In this document: positions 35,947 through 49,023 of the stretch, piece after piece
Layout: every line of letters begins with the position of its first letter
Numbering within the stretch: position 1 is the stretch's first letter
Assembly (NCBI RefSeq): GCF_004010195.1
Contig: NC_057750.1
Coordinates: forward strand, 1 to 60,859
Direction of reading: 5' to 3'
Length of the DNA: 60,859 bases
DNA from: Chiloscyllium plagiosum
Lineage: Eukaryota
Translations under genes and position numbers: made by a program
Notes under the pieces: model-generated
Databases searched by the model: none
The model's input: only the letters and a program-made list of their open reading frames with translations
What the model was told of the DNA's origin: nothing

Positions 35947-36292
35947 ATTAGATTAGATTAGATTAGATTAGATTAGATTAGATTAGATTACATTACAGTG
36001 TGGAAACAGGCCCTTCGGCCCAACAAGTCCACACCGACCCGCCGAAGCGAAACCCACCCATACCCCTATATTTACCCCTTACCTAATACTACGGGCAATT
36101 TAGCATGGCCAATTCACCTGACCCTGCACATCTTTTGGACTGTGGGAGGAAACCGGAGCACCCGGAGGAAACCCACGCAGACACGGGGAGAACGTGCAAA
36201 CCCCACACAGTCAGTCGCCTGAGGCGGGAATTGAACCCGGGTCTCATGCGCTGTGAGGCAGCAGTGCTAACCACTGTGCCACCGTGCTGCCC
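35947..36292 (-). mobile_element. Young HE1/V-SINE-type SINE with (ATTAG)n tail
   Basis: Intact A/B boxes and CpGs; ~95% similar by eye to 36645-36950. Confidence 0.88.
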
Positions 36293-36598
36293 ACAAATGT
36301 ATGGCTCAACTTCATGGAACATTGGTACCAGTACTGGGGAAGGAGGGAGCTGTTCCGATGGGACTGGGTCTACCTGAATCATGCTGGGATTAGAGTCCTG
36401 ATGAATCAAATTAGTAGGGATGGCAATAGGGCTTTAATCTAAATAGCGGAGGGTGGATTCATTTGAATGAAAAATTATGGAAAACATTAAAGGAAGGGAG
36501 GGATCAGCAGAGGATATTAAAGTTTACAGAACAAGTAATAGGCTGGAGAGTATGGGAAGTGTTAGGAATCTAACTTTAGACACAGCAGATAAGGGGAA

Positions 36599-37011
36599 CA
36601 AGGAGAAAGTGAGGACTGCAGATACTGGAGATCAGAATCGAAAAGATTAGATTAGATTACATTACAGTGTGGAAACAGGCCCTTCGGCCCAACTAGTCCA
36701 CACCGACCCGCCGAAGCGCAACCCACCCATACCCCTACATTTAACCCTTACCTAACTCTATGGGCAATTTAGCGTGGCCAATTCACCTGACCTGCACATC
36801 TTTGGACTGTGGGAGGAAACCGGAGCACCCGGGGGAAACCCACGCAGACAGGGGGAGAACGTACAAACTCCACACAGTCAGTCGCCTGAGGCGGGAATTG
36901 AACCCGGGTCTCTGGCGCTGTGAGGCAGCAGTGCTAACCACTGTGCCACCAGTGAGTGGTGCTAGAAAAGCACAGTCAGTCAGGCAGCATCTGAGGAGCA
37001 GAAAAATCACT
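36599..37011 (-). mobile_element. Family A element interrupted by an HE1-type SINE, nested in CR1
   Basis: TSD gataaggggaa 36588-36598 / 37012-37022; halves at 36601-36644 and 36951-37008. Confidence 0.72.
36645..36950 (-). mobile_element. Young HE1/V-SINE-type SINE with (ATTAG)n tail
   Basis: As for 35947-36292. Confidence 0.88.
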
Positions 37012-37723
37012 GATAAGGGGAAACCTATGAGAGGGGAGACTGAGGGTGTTGTACTTAAATGCATGCAGTATATGAAACAAGATAAATGAGTTTGTAGCAC
37101 AGATTGAAATTAATGGTACAATGTTGTGGGTATGACAGAGATGTGGCTGCAAAGGGATCAAGACTGGGACCTAAATATCCAAAGATACGCGTCCTATCAA
37201 AAGGACAGGCAGATGGACAGAGGAGATGCAGTTGCCTTCTGAGAAATGAAATCAATAGCAAGAAGAGACATAGAGTCAGAAGAGTAGATATAGATAGAAT
37301 TGAGAAACTGCAAAGAGAAAAAGACCTTAATGGGAATTAATGTACAGGCCTCCTAGCAGTAGTCAGGATGTGGGGAAGAAAATAAATCAGAAGATAGAAA
37401 AGGCTGTAAGAAAGGCACTATTGCCATAATCATAGAGGACTTCAATATAGAGGTAGACTGGGAAAATCAGGGTGATAGCAAATCTCAAGAAAAGGAATCC
37501 ATGAAATGTCTGCAAGATAGATTTTTGGAGCAGCTTATGGTAGAGCCCACTAGGGACAGGCAATTCTGTATTTGGTGATGTGTAATGAGGCAGACTGGAT
37601 TAGGAGCTTAAGGTGGAGGAATCCTTAGGGGGCAGTGACCATAATATGATAGAGTTCCTCCTTAGAGGGAAAAACTGGAATCCAATGTAATGGTATTATA
37701 AATGAGTGAAGATAACTACAGAG

Positions 37724-38372
37724 TGTTGTGGACTAGATCAGACCACTCAAAACATTCTTAAGCAGGCAGCCCCAGGCCATAACTTTGCAATTTGTTTTGG
37801 TAAGTGTACACTGAAAATTACCTGGAGTAAGTTAGCTAGGTTGACTACTAGATTTTAAAACAGACAAACATTTATTCACAAAATTACACAATGAAACACA
37901 AAGAACAGAATAACGAACCCTGACAGAACTCAACCTATCCAATTATGCTTAATTATACTGTTCCGAATATTTACAACAGTCCCAATAAGCAAACTCCCTT
38001 TAAAACCCAATATAAATGGAACACATGCTTACAGGTGATGTTGAAGGGGAGAAAAGAGAGAGAGTTTCCACACAGCTCCCTGTTAAACTTCCCAGTTCAA
38101 GACTGAACTAAAACTGTTCAGCTCAGGTCAGGTAGAGAGATGACCACCCCCCCTTTCATTATACAGGTCACTTCTAAAGCATGACCACTTCGGCCTGAAG
38201 TCTCATCTGTTTACATATAACCAAAAGGCCTCTCAAAATCCTTTTCATCTCTGTACCAAACCAGACTGATCGGAGCCCGGCCTGGTTTATTACCTTCTGA
38301 AAAAAATCAAGGACAGAGTCTCTTTGAACCAAGGAACAGCTTTTAGAAGAAAAAGCAACTAGCTTTGTGACA
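37724..38372 (-). mobile_element. Solo LTR inserted in CR1 ORF2
   Basis: TGT...ACA termini; TSD agag/aaag; CR1 sequence resumes across it; minus-strand AATAAA near 37871. Confidence 0.65.
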
Positions 38373-41300
38373 AAAGACATAAGAGAAGAGCTGGCCAGAG
38401 TTGATTGAAAGGGAAGCCAAGCAGGGAAGACAGTGGAGTAGCAATGACAGGAGATTCTGGCGGTAATTTGGGAGCGACAAAAGTCTTCATCCCAAGGAAA
38501 AAGCAACATGTTAAGCAGAGAATGAGGCTAGCCTGTCTGACAGGGGAAGTCAGGGACAGCATAAAAACAACAGAAAAAACATACAATGTGGTGAAGATTA
38601 GTAGAAAGCCAAATGATTGGGAATCCTTTAAAAACCAGCAAAGGATAACTAAAAAAGCAGTAAGGGGGAAAAGATAAAATATAAAGTTAAGCCAGCTAGT
38701 GATATAAAATAAGATTGCAAAGGTTTTTTTTTTAGATATGCATAAGATAAGAGAGAGGCAAGAGTGCACATTGGAGTGCTGGAAAATGAGGCCGGAGAAG
38801 TAGTAATGAGGCGGAAGAACTGAATAGATACTTTGCATCAGTCTTCGCAGTGGAAGACACCAGCAGCACATCAGAACTTCAAGAGAATCAGGGGACAGAG
38901 GTCAGTGTTGTGGCCATCATTAAGGAGAAGATGCTGGGGAAACTGAAAGGTCTGAAGGTGGATAAATCACCCAGACAGGATGGACTACACCCCCAGCGTT
39001 CTGAAGGAGACAGCTGAGGAGATTGAAGAGGCATTGGTGGTGATCTTTCAGAAATCATGCAATCAAGGAGGATCCTAGAGAACTGGAAGATGGCTAACAT
39101 AACACCCCTGTTTAAGAAGAGAGGCAGAAGACAGGAAATTATAGGCTGGTTAGTCTGACTTCGGACATTGGTAAGATTTTAGAGACCATAATTAAGGATG
39201 AAGTTGTGTAGTACTTGCAAGTGCATGGCAAAATAGGGCTGAGTCAGCACAGCTTTATCAAGGGGAGTTCTTGCTTGACAAATCTGTTCGAATGTTTTGA
39301 GGAGGTAACAAGCAAGTTAGACAAAGGAGAGCCAGTGGACGTGATCTATTTTGATTTCTGGAAGACCTTGATAAGGTGCTGCACAGGATGCTACTAACTA
39401 AGAAAAGAGTCCATGGTGTTAGGGGGCAAGGTACTGGCATCAGTAGAGGATTGGCTGACTGGCAGAAGCCAGAGAGTGGGGATAAAGGGGTCTTTTTCAG
39501 GATGGTAACTATTGACTAGTGGAGTTCCACAGGGGTCAGTGTTGGCACCGTAACTATTCATCTACTACATTAACGATTTGGACGAACGATCAGAGTGCAT
39601 TGTTGTTAAGTTTGCAGATGACATAACGATAGGTGGAGAGATAGATAGTGTTGAGGAAGTAGAGGGGCTGCAGAAGGACTTGAACATGCTGGGAAAGTGA
39701 GCAAAGAAGTGTCAGATGGAACGAACAGAGTGCATTGTTGTTAAGTTTGCAGATGACATAACGATAGGTGGAGAGATAGATAGTGTTGAGGAAGTAGAGG
39801 GGCTGCTGGGACATGCTGGGAAAGTGAGCAAAGAAGTGTCAGATGGAATACAGTGTGGGAAATTGTGAGGTTATGCATTTTGATTTGATTTATTTATTGT
39901 CATGTGTATTTTGTTACAAAATACAGTGAAAAGTATTGTACAGTATTGGCATTCTCTGATGCCATCTTAAAACACATAAAAATAAACAAAAAATACAAAA
40001 TATAAAGGCAGATAAATAAAGAAACAAAGAAATAAAGAAGAATAGAGGCATAAACTATTTTCCAAATGGGAAAAGGTTTTGAGAATTTGAAGCACAAAGG
40101 GGTGTGAGTTGTAGATCAGGATCCTCTTCAGGCTAACATGCAGATTCAGTTGGCAGTTTGGAAGACAAATGCAGTGTGAGCATTCGTTTCAGGGACACAA
40201 GAGCAGAGACGTACTACTGAATTTATGTAAGGCTCTGGTCAGGCCATCTTTGGAATATTGTGAGGAGTTTTGGGCCCTGTACCTAAGGAAGGGTGTGCTG
40301 GCATTGGCGAGGGTCCAAAGGAGGTTTACAAGAATAATCCCGACGATGAAGGGCTTGTCATATGAGGAGTGTTTGAGGACTCTGGGTCAGTACTCAATTG
40401 AGTTTAGAAGGATGAGTGGATCTGATTGAAACTTACAGAATACTGAGAGACCTGAGTAGAGTGGATATGGAGAAGATGTTTACATGAGTAAGGCAGACTA
40501 GGACCTGAGGGCACAGCCTCAGAGTGAAGGGATAACCCTTTACAACAGAGATGAGGAGGACTTTCTTCAGCCAGACAGTGATGAATCTGTGGACCTCATT
40601 GCTGCAGAGGGCTATGGAGGCCAAGTCATTGAGTGTTTTAATGACAGAAATAGACAGGTTCTAGATCATTCAGGGAATGAAGGACCATGGGGAGAAGACA
40701 GGAGAGTGGATTGAGAAATATCTCAGCTCTAATTTAATGGTGAAGCAGATTTAATGGGCCAAATGGTTTAAATCTACCCCAATATCTTATAATTTTATAC
40801 AAATGTATTCTGTAATATACAGGGAAAGACTGTAACATACAAGAGGACTACCATATACAGATTGTAATTTGTGCTCCCAATGCCTATATCTAAAAATACA
40901 GCAAAATATACAGCAAACAGAAGCAGAGAGAATAACTGACAGTTATCAGGAGTTACTGTGAATGAGATGTTTTGTTAATTGTTGGAAATAAATACCTCAC
41001 TTGAGATTTTGTTAAAAGCCACTCTATTTTTGTAAAATTATATTTATAACTAACAGCTATCAGCGATAGGTATCAGTGTGGTTTTATATAGCTTACAAAA
41101 TCACTGGGTAATAACATGTAAACTGAGTGATTGATTTAATCTGCCTACATTACTGTGATGCAGGGTTGTGACAGGCATTTTAAGCATCTCCTATACTCGA
41201 AATGTGTGAAACTCAACCCAGGCTTTAACTAATCAGATCATAACATCTGAGGGGTCTGGGCTGAATTCTCAAACCAATCTCTGATTAGCAGAAACACAGG

Positions 41301-42559
41301 ATCATGAGCAGGATCTTGACCAATTCCCTTTTTGGTGATATAACACTTTCGGATACATTTCTTGATAGTAGTAACAGTGCATTGAATATTCGGTGTCACC
41401 ATGATCAGTGTTCACCGGTGCATCATCCCATTGGAGTTACACATGAATCTCCTGTGTAGCTGAACGTGTTTGTGACCTTGGTTTGCAGGATATTGACATA
41501 GAGCTGCCCTTTCTGGGGTTGGAGTGAGGAGCTGTTACAGGATGTTTAAGAAGCACTGGCCTCTATTATGAGGGGAGCCAAGCTGAGAGGAGGATGCCGA
41601 TGTTCCATGAGCACAGGAAAGCTGTCCGGGACATGAGGGGTATGGGTTGGTGGGGGAAGCAGGGAATCAATCTCACTGCAACATTTACCTACAGTCTGTT
41701 TAAACAAGATTGGGTACAGTGTAATCAAAAACATGTGCTAGAAAATGGGCCTTGTTCAATTTTACCCAGTATATTTCTTGGCACTGTTTAGAAAGAATCA
41801 ATTCTAAAGCCTCGTCAAATCTCTGCTCTGGCTTGTAGATGAACACATTCAAGCCTAATTCCAAGGAGGATCAAGGAAGGAAGCTGGTCAGAGAGGACTT
41901 CCTCTGTCAAGGAGGCTCTTAATGATTTGTTGCTTTGCAGAAGGTGTCAGTGCATCATTCTGAACAAATTATTACCTGCAGCTTTCAGATATGTAGCATT
42001 ACTGAGCCTGACAGAAATAGGAAAAGGAGCCTCTGCATTAATCCAGGGATGGTCAAATTGTGGCCTTACTGATTTAGATAACTTGGGCTGACAGTGTTTT
42101 ATCTCCTTATGGTATCATGGCATCAAGCAGATCGATTTCTGATGTTTGCCAAGAAACACAAAGCTGCCCCAACACTGCATTGTGTCTCCAACTTTGTCCC
42201 ATTGTGCTATTGGGAAATAACAGGAGGCAAAAGTCAGTTAATCCTGTGGAGCTGAATACATAGAGCTGGATTCAGTGTCAAACTCTCACATCCCAAACCT
42301 CCCGCCACTGAGCTTTTCAGAACTCGAGTCAGAATTCACAGTCGCAAGGAAATTTTAACTTTAGCCGAATATAGAGAACTGTGACGAGGTGTTTGTTAGT
42401 CTAAACCCCTCATCCAAAGCATCGGGTGTCCCATTAGGTTTGGGTCTCACTCTGATAATAATTAACTTTGTTATTGTTCATTATCAGATTTTGTCGGGTC
42501 TGCTCACCCCAGAAGCCCTTTTGCAAAGTTTTTCTTACACTGTCAGTGAATATGACCGT

Positions 42560-42730
42560 GTCAGCCATGGCTCATTGGGTTGCACCCCTCAGCCAGAAAG
42601 TTGTTGATTCAAGTCCCACTCCAGCCATTGCCTGACTCTTTAGGTGCAGTATTGATGGAGCTCTGTACTGCCAAAAATGGCTGCCTTTCGGACAAAGCTA
42701 AACTGAGGGCCCACGCGCCCCCTCTGAGAC
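42560..42730 (+). mobile_element. Decayed Deu-domain SINE (SacSINE-like); related remnants at ~4210-4525, 17930-18420, 45830-45935
   Basis: tRNA-like head gattcaagtcccactccag; gtgcagtattgatggagctctgtactg...gcctttcggac Deu-like core. Confidence 0.5.
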
Positions 42731-44139
42731 TGGCCTCTGCGCAGTGTCCTGGCCAATTCTTTAGACAAAATCAGAAAAATGCCAGATGATTTGGTCATGA
42801 ACATGGTAACTGACTGTGAGATCTCGCTATGCATAGGTTGACAGCCGTATTTCCCGCAAGCGAACACAAGAAAAAGATACTTCACGGTGTACATGAGCCT
42901 GTGAAGTGCTTTTATGACATTCTGAATTTGTCCCAGGTCTCAGATAAATTCAAGTTGTCATTTTTTTTAGGAGGCTTAAACCTGGCGCCACCCAGTGCTG
43001 AGATCATTCTGTTTTCAATGTGGATATGAAGCAAGGTGAGGACCCAGGCCTTGTTGCTGCCGTCTCTATCCTGGAAGGAAGACAGAACCAGGTGTGGTCC
43101 CAAGACTGTCCTGGTCACCAAGACATGGGGCAAAGGGAGTGGGAAGGCACTACCGGCCCCTATTCATGGAATAAAATCCACCCTCAGTGTCACTTTCCCC
43201 AAGATCCTCCCCAGACAGCAGCCTCCAGGGGAGGGAGAGACAAGCAAACTGTGGGACTGGTTGTCATGGTAACAAGCCGACGACCAACCTTTCCTCATCT
43301 CTATCAGTGGAACTTTTATATCTGATATTTAAAGGCTGTGATTAAAATCTGCGAAATTACACAGGAGATAGAATTCTGTCTCAGATGCAACAGCGAGCCC
43401 TTGGCTGCAGGGAGAATGTAAAACAGTCTGAGGTGGTGACAGGAATGGAAGCTGGAAATCTGCATCAAGTCATTAAAATCTGGAGATTCAGTTTTAACAA
43501 TCCCAGTTAACCTTTTATATTTTCAGTACGTAAGGAAGGAGATCTCATTTATAAACTTTCATCATATTTCCTGGAAACAATGTTTCATAAGCAATTAATT
43601 ACGTTCAAACACAATGAGGAATGCATTGTGGCAGCCATTTTGAGAACAATGGTGACACCTAATTAGTGATTTGCTGCTTTTTGGAGGCAAAGTATTGAGC
43701 AGGAAACCTCCTTGTTCTTTCCTGAATATCCTTCAGGCAATTAGTCTTTTATCTAAAGATTGAAATGTAAAGAAGTGATTGAAAGTAAAACCATGCATTT
43801 GCAATTTAAACTCATTCCAATCGATTTTATAACCCCTTTATGACCCAATGATTAAGTCACATTCACCCATCCTGCAAACTCCCTGATTCTATTTAAGATT
43901 TGACAAACAAACAAGGAAGACAATGAATTCACCTGATTTGTTTAAAATTTCTCATTGTATTTATCAGTGCTGTCAGTCAGTTACGGGGCTAACCTGCCAT
44001 AAACATTTTGGGTTGTTCACGTTCATACTATGATATTCACAAACGTGTACTCTTCAAAGAGAATTATGTTTTTTGAACGCAGGCATTTTGTCCACACAAA
44101 CTCCTTCATGAAGCAGATCAGTACAATTCTTCCTAGACA

Positions 44140-44605
44140 TAAAACTCTAGGGATGGCAGGACTGATGTACAAAGGCAGACTAGATCAGCTTTGACTATAT
44201 TCACTGGAGTTTAGAAGAATAGTTTTGGGGATCTCCTAGCAACCTATAACGTTCAAACAGGACTAGGCAGGATAAACGCATGAAAGATGTTGCTGAAAGC
44301 AAGATGTCCAGAACCAGGGGTCACAGTCTGAAGGATACCAGGTAAGGCATTTAGGACTGAGATCAGGAGAAATGTCTTCACCAGAGGATGGTGGGCCTGT
44401 AGAATTCTCTGCTACAGAGTGTGGTGGAGATCAAAACATTGAATGTTTTCACGAAGGTGTTAGATACTGTTCTTAGAGCTAAAGGTATCAAAGAATATGG
44501 GAGAAAGTGGGAACAAGGTACTGGGTTGGAGCATCAGTTGTGATCATATTGAATAGTGGAGCAGGCCCAATGGGCTGACTGTCTGATTCCTGTTCCTTTA
44601 GTTTT
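44140..44605 (+). mobile_element. CR1 LINE 3' fragment
   Basis: ggagtttagaagaat...gtcacagtctgaagg...tcttcaccagaggatgg, CR1 tail. Confidence 0.7.
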
Positions 44606-45018
44606 AATTGGTCTTGAGTCCATTTTTGATAATGTGATCAATACTCACCAGGTTTTTGTGTTGTGTATTTTGATGTTGTGTATTTTTCACCTTCTGATTC
44701 CTCAGAGCCTGTCTACCATCTACAAGGCACAAGTCAGAATGGAAAACTGGCCACTTGCCTGGTTGGGTGCAACTCCAACGACATTCAAGAAGCTTGACAG
44801 CATCCAGGACAAAACAGCCCACTTGACTGGCTACACATCCACAAGCATCCATTCTCTCCATCACCAACACTCAGTAGCAGCAGTATGTATTATCTACAAG
44901 ATGCACTGCTGAATTTCACCAAAGATCCTTAGACAGCACCTTCCAAATCCATGACCACTTTCACCTACAGCGACAAGGAGACCAGATACATGGGAATTCT
45001 GCAAGGTCCCCTCCATTC

Positions 45019-45054
45019 ATTCCTGAAGAAGGGCCTGTGCCCGAAACGTCGAAT
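45019..45054 (+). ncRNA. Minimal type-I hammerhead ribozyme (family A)
   Basis: attc-CTGAAGA-a-gggc-ctgt-gccc-GAAA-cg-TC-gaat: stem I attc/gaat, stem II gggc/gccc, palindromic ACGT stem III, GUC cleavage triplet. Confidence 0.8.
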
Positions 45055-45145
45055 CTCCTGTTCCCTGGATGCTGCCTGACCTGCTGTGCTGTTCCAGCAA
45101 TAAAGTTTCAACTTTGATCTCCAGCATCTGCAGACCTCACTTTCT
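45023..45145 (+). mobile_element. ~123-bp family A hammerhead element
   Basis: 15-bp TSD cccctccattcattc (45008-45022 / 45146-45160); ends ctcactttctcc. Confidence 0.82.
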
Positions 45146-46824
45146 CCCCTCCATTCATTCACCATCCTGACATGGAAAGAAACTACTGTTCCTTCACTGT
45201 CACTGGATCAAAATTCTGGAATTCCCTGCCCAATGGCCTTGTGGGTCAACCTACAGCAGATGGACTAGAGTGGTTCAAGAAGGCAGCTCACCACCACCTT
45301 CACAAGGGCAACTAGGGACAAGCAATAAATGCTAGCCAGCCAGCGACACTCACCCGACATATCCCTCACTCATGCAAACTCAACAACAGCAACATCTGGC
45401 TGTGCCAGGCTTTCAACCAATGCCCTTGTTACTCATTTTTTCAGTCTATGGAACAGGCTAAATTCTATGAATCATGTTCATGATAAAGTTAAAAATTAAG
45501 CAGCCACTGAAGTTGGAACAACAGATTTCATAACCGTACAACAAAATGTTCTTACCTGACTGAATAACTGTGAATCAGATTAAGGATCTCAATCAGATCT
45601 TATTTGTGAAGGTTATTCACTGCACACAACAATATATCTTCATTGCAGCATCAAAAGAATTGCTGAATCAGCGAAATGCAGCACAATTTATTTCTCTCCT
45701 TGAATGTAGCGCTGTCAACCTATTGTGCTGTAAGATGTCTGCTACAGAAACTGGTCACTTAGATTTATAGAATGCAGATAGCTGGGGTTTGAGAGTGGTC
45801 TTATGTCTGTTAAATTCAGGGAATATTTTCTACATTACAACTGAGACTACACTTCAAAAGCACTTAATTAGCTGGAAAGTGCTTTGGGAAGTGCTGAGGT
45901 CATGAAAGGCACTATTGAAATGCAGGTCTCTCTTTAGCAACTTGCAGTCCACAACCATAACTTGCAAGGAGCTTAGGGGGTAGAGTTTGGAACAAGCTTG
46001 CCTCTCTTATAGAGCAATGCAAGAGCAATGGGAAAAGGCCATCAAAATAAGCCTTCCTGTCATGATATCCTGAGGGCATGTTAACTTATTGAACCTCTCG
46101 AAGATTTTAATGGTATGTAAATAGTTTCTTGGTACACTTAGTAAATGTCCTAACTTTGTGTTTGGATGGAGGCGCAGAGAGTGTAAGTGCTCAAATGAGA
46201 AACATGAAAATATTTGATGTAATGTCTGATCTAAACTGTTTTTCTAGTGTACTCATTGATAGCTATGAATAAAATATATTGTTGCAAAGCAAATCACAAC
46301 AGCAGAAGGAAATAAGAAATGACTCACTCTCAACAAAAGTTAACACCTAGGACCTCTTGATAAGACTTATTGTTCCAATTTAAATTTGTTAATTACACAG
46401 TGACTAGCTTTAGGCCTATCTGTGTATTAATTTCCACTTTTATTCTGTTGCCAAGATCTGAGCATTTTGTTATATTTTCCTTTCTGTTAGGGGGTGTCAA
46501 TGAAGTTAGTTCAATAATAGATATCTGTAGTTGACCCTGTGCTAGTCTTACCCAGTGTAGCGGAGAATATCTCTCAGCATGGAACATCCGTTCCAAGGTT
46601 ACCTCATGATTCTGTACATGAGAGAGGGCAGATTTAAGATTTATTGCACTCTCCTCCTTTCCAGTAGTTGCATCTCAGACAAGCTGATCCCCCAGCTTGA
46701 GAGCCAGCCTCTGAAGGAGACACAGGAATGGGTAACTGTTGGCCTGATGTTATCAGTAGCGCCTGCATTTGTGGATGGAAAAAGTAAAAGCACATTAAGA
46801 CCTCATCTGCTGAAAGGTTTTAAA

Positions 46825-47049
46825 GGTGGCATGGTGGCTCAGTGTTTAGCACTGCTGCCTCACAGCACCGGGGACCTGGGTTCAATTCCAACTTTGGGCG
46901 ACTGCCTGTGTGGAGTTTGCACATTCTTCCCGTGTCGGGGGAAATATAAGATAGTGGGGTAGGGGAGTGGGTCTGGGTGGGTTACTCTTTGAAGGGTTGG
47001 TGTAGACTTGTTTGGCTGAAGGGCCTGTTTCCACACTGTAGGGATTCTA
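46825..47049 (+). mobile_element. HE1/V-SINE-type SINE with internal deletion
   Basis: tggctcagtgtttagc A box; ggttcaattcc B box; tail gggcctgtttccacactgta. Confidence 0.78.
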
Positions 47050-47439
47050 AATCAGTATCACTGTAGCAGCCCCTTGCAGACTGGATGGAGTACATTGAAA
47101 CTTCAATAGCTATGGTTAGTGCCTGGCTCTATTCAAAGCTCTGATGGATCTCTGAGGCAGGAGAAGGGGAGGCATCTTTGGTTATGATGTGAATGCCTGG
47201 ACAACAGAATAATTCCAAACTTAATAACAGCAGTAACTCCTCAATGAGGTTTCATCAGTAGTGATCATATCAATGCTTAGCAGTTTTTAGCATGTGATAT
47301 ATGCAAGACAATCTAAATGAATACTGTTAAATCACGAACAAAGCATACTAGACTTACATGAGATTTTAAAAAAATTAAGCAGTAATTTATTGTATCCAAT
47401 GATTATTGGGGAATAGGAGATTGGAAACCTTTGGAAACC

Positions 47440-47720
47440 TTTCCCTCAGACCCAAATGAAGTTGTATTTTAAAAGGAACTAATTTAACTAGGCTTTCTTC
47501 AGTTATTGAGGAGTGAATTTATTAATTACTATACTCAACAAGAAATACTAATGCAAAACACAAATGTACAGATTAAAAATAAGAGGTGATTCCAAAAAGA
47601 TCAAAATTAAAGAGGACTTATACAGATCAGTATCTGAATTGTTCAGAATGGTTGAATGTTATACTTTATGTTACCAGTAGCATTGACTGTAGTAGATGAA
47701 TAGTTGGTTTCACAATTCCC
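47440..47720. repeat. Diverged repeat paralogous to ~49310-49610 (probable LTR-like element fragment)
   Basis: Shared cctttccctYagaYccaaatgaagtt...tatacagatcag..tctgaattgttca..atgttaccagtagcattgact. Confidence 0.6.
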
Positions 47721-47914
47721 AGATCTACTATTCTCCCATTGAGCTTCAGAGCAGAGGAAGAGTGGGAAGAATCAGGGGGTGAGGGGATTAAAATATTGCC
47801 AAAGTGAGAGCAGAAGGTTCAAAGGAATTGAACAAAAACCGTCAATATCCAAATGACAGAGCCAAAAGAGATACACCAAAGAGGTTAAAGTGTGAATCTA
47901 ACTCTGACACTTCG

Positions 47915-48640
47915 AGTCATAGACATGTACAGCATGGAAACAGCCCCTTCGGTCCAACTCGTCCGTGGTGACCAGATATCCTAACCCAAACTAGTCCCCT
48001 TTGCCAGCACTTGGCCCATATCCCTCTAAACCTTTCCTATTCATATCCCCATCCAGATGCCTTTTAAATGTTGTAATTGTACCAGCCTCCACCAATTCCT
48101 CTGGCAGCTCCTTCCATACATGCACCACTCTCTATGTGAAAATGTTGCCCCTTAGGTCCCTTCTTATATCTTTCCCCTCTCACCCTAAACCTATGCCCTT
48201 CTAGTTCTGGACTCCCCTACCCCTAGGAAAAGACCTTGTCTGTTTATCCTATCCATGCCCCTCATGATTTTATAAACCTTTATGAGGTCACCCCTCAGCC
48301 TCTGACACTCCAGGGAAAACAGCCCTAGCCTGTTCAGCCTCTCCCTGTAGCTCAAACCCTCCAACCCTGGTAACATCTTTGTAAATCTTTTCTGAACTCT
48401 TTCAAGTTTCACAACATCCTTCTGATAGGAAGGAGACCAGAATTGCATGCAATATTCCAAAGGTGGCCTAATCAATGTCCTGTACAGCTGCAACATGGCC
48501 TCCCACCTTCTGTACTTAATACTCTGACCAATAAAGAAAAGCATACCAAACACCTTCTTCACTATCCTATCTACCTGCAACTCCACTTTCAAGGAACTAT
48601 GAACCTCCACTCCAAGGTCTCATTGTTCAGCAATGTGCTC
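47915..48640 (-). mobile_element. CR1 LINE 3' fragment
   Basis: ORF 48191..48610 LEYCMQFWSPSYQKDVVKLERVQKRFTKMLPG. Confidence 0.88.
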
Positions 48641-48941
48641 TGGGTTTGCTGACAGGTTTGGGGTAAATTGGGAATTAACATGATATTTTGATCAAGAGCA
48701 GGAAATTTAATAATGTTTCTTTAAAAGCTTCACCTCTGCTGAAAATGGGGTCACTTGAGGATCGCAGGATGAAATTGTTTTGCAACTGTTCCGTTTCAGT
48801 CTTAAAAAAAAAATGCAAAGAGAATGGAGTCATTTTAAAAATAGATTGAACATGGATTGCTGGTTCGGTGCATATAGATATGACAAGAGACAGAAGAGAG
48901 GATTCACCTCTCTGATTTACACAACTCTATTCAGTTACAAT

Positions 48942-48976
48942 CACCTGGTGAAGGAGCGGCGCTCCGAAAGCTAGTG
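48942..48976 (+). ncRNA. Hammerhead ribozyme motif (family C), core mutated (CTGGTGA)
   Basis: cac-CTGgTGA-a-ggagc-ggc-gctcc-GAAA-gc-TA-gtg; stem I cac/gtg, stem II ggagc/gctcc, palindromic AGCT stem III. Confidence 0.55.
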
Positions 48977-49023
48977 CTTCCAAGTAAACCTGTTGGACTA
49001 TAACCTGGAGTTGTGTGATTTTT
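48942..49023 (+). mobile_element. Family C short hammerhead element
   Basis: 19-bp TSD aactctattMagttacaat 48923-48941 / 49024-49042; body matches 11150-11200. Confidence 0.72.

Larger units (their letters stand above)
35200..40795 (+). mobile_element. Near full-length decayed CR1 LINE (ORF1, APE endonuclease, RT) with nested SINEs, hammerhead element and solo LTR
   Basis: ORF1 Cys-rich/coiled-coil start MSGQVICSDCMMWELED; RT remnants SQHSFIKGSSCLTNLFECFEEVT..DVIYFDF; C-terminal LVRPSLEYC..RVQRRFTR; many stops. Confidence 0.85.

Noticed and set aside
36200..36292. tRNA genes
   Set aside because: The tRNA-like A/B boxes are SINE heads followed by SINE body and tail, not complete cloverleaf genes
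42829..43325. ORFs as NKPD1 or other host exons
   Set aside because: No recognisable motif or convincing splice signals
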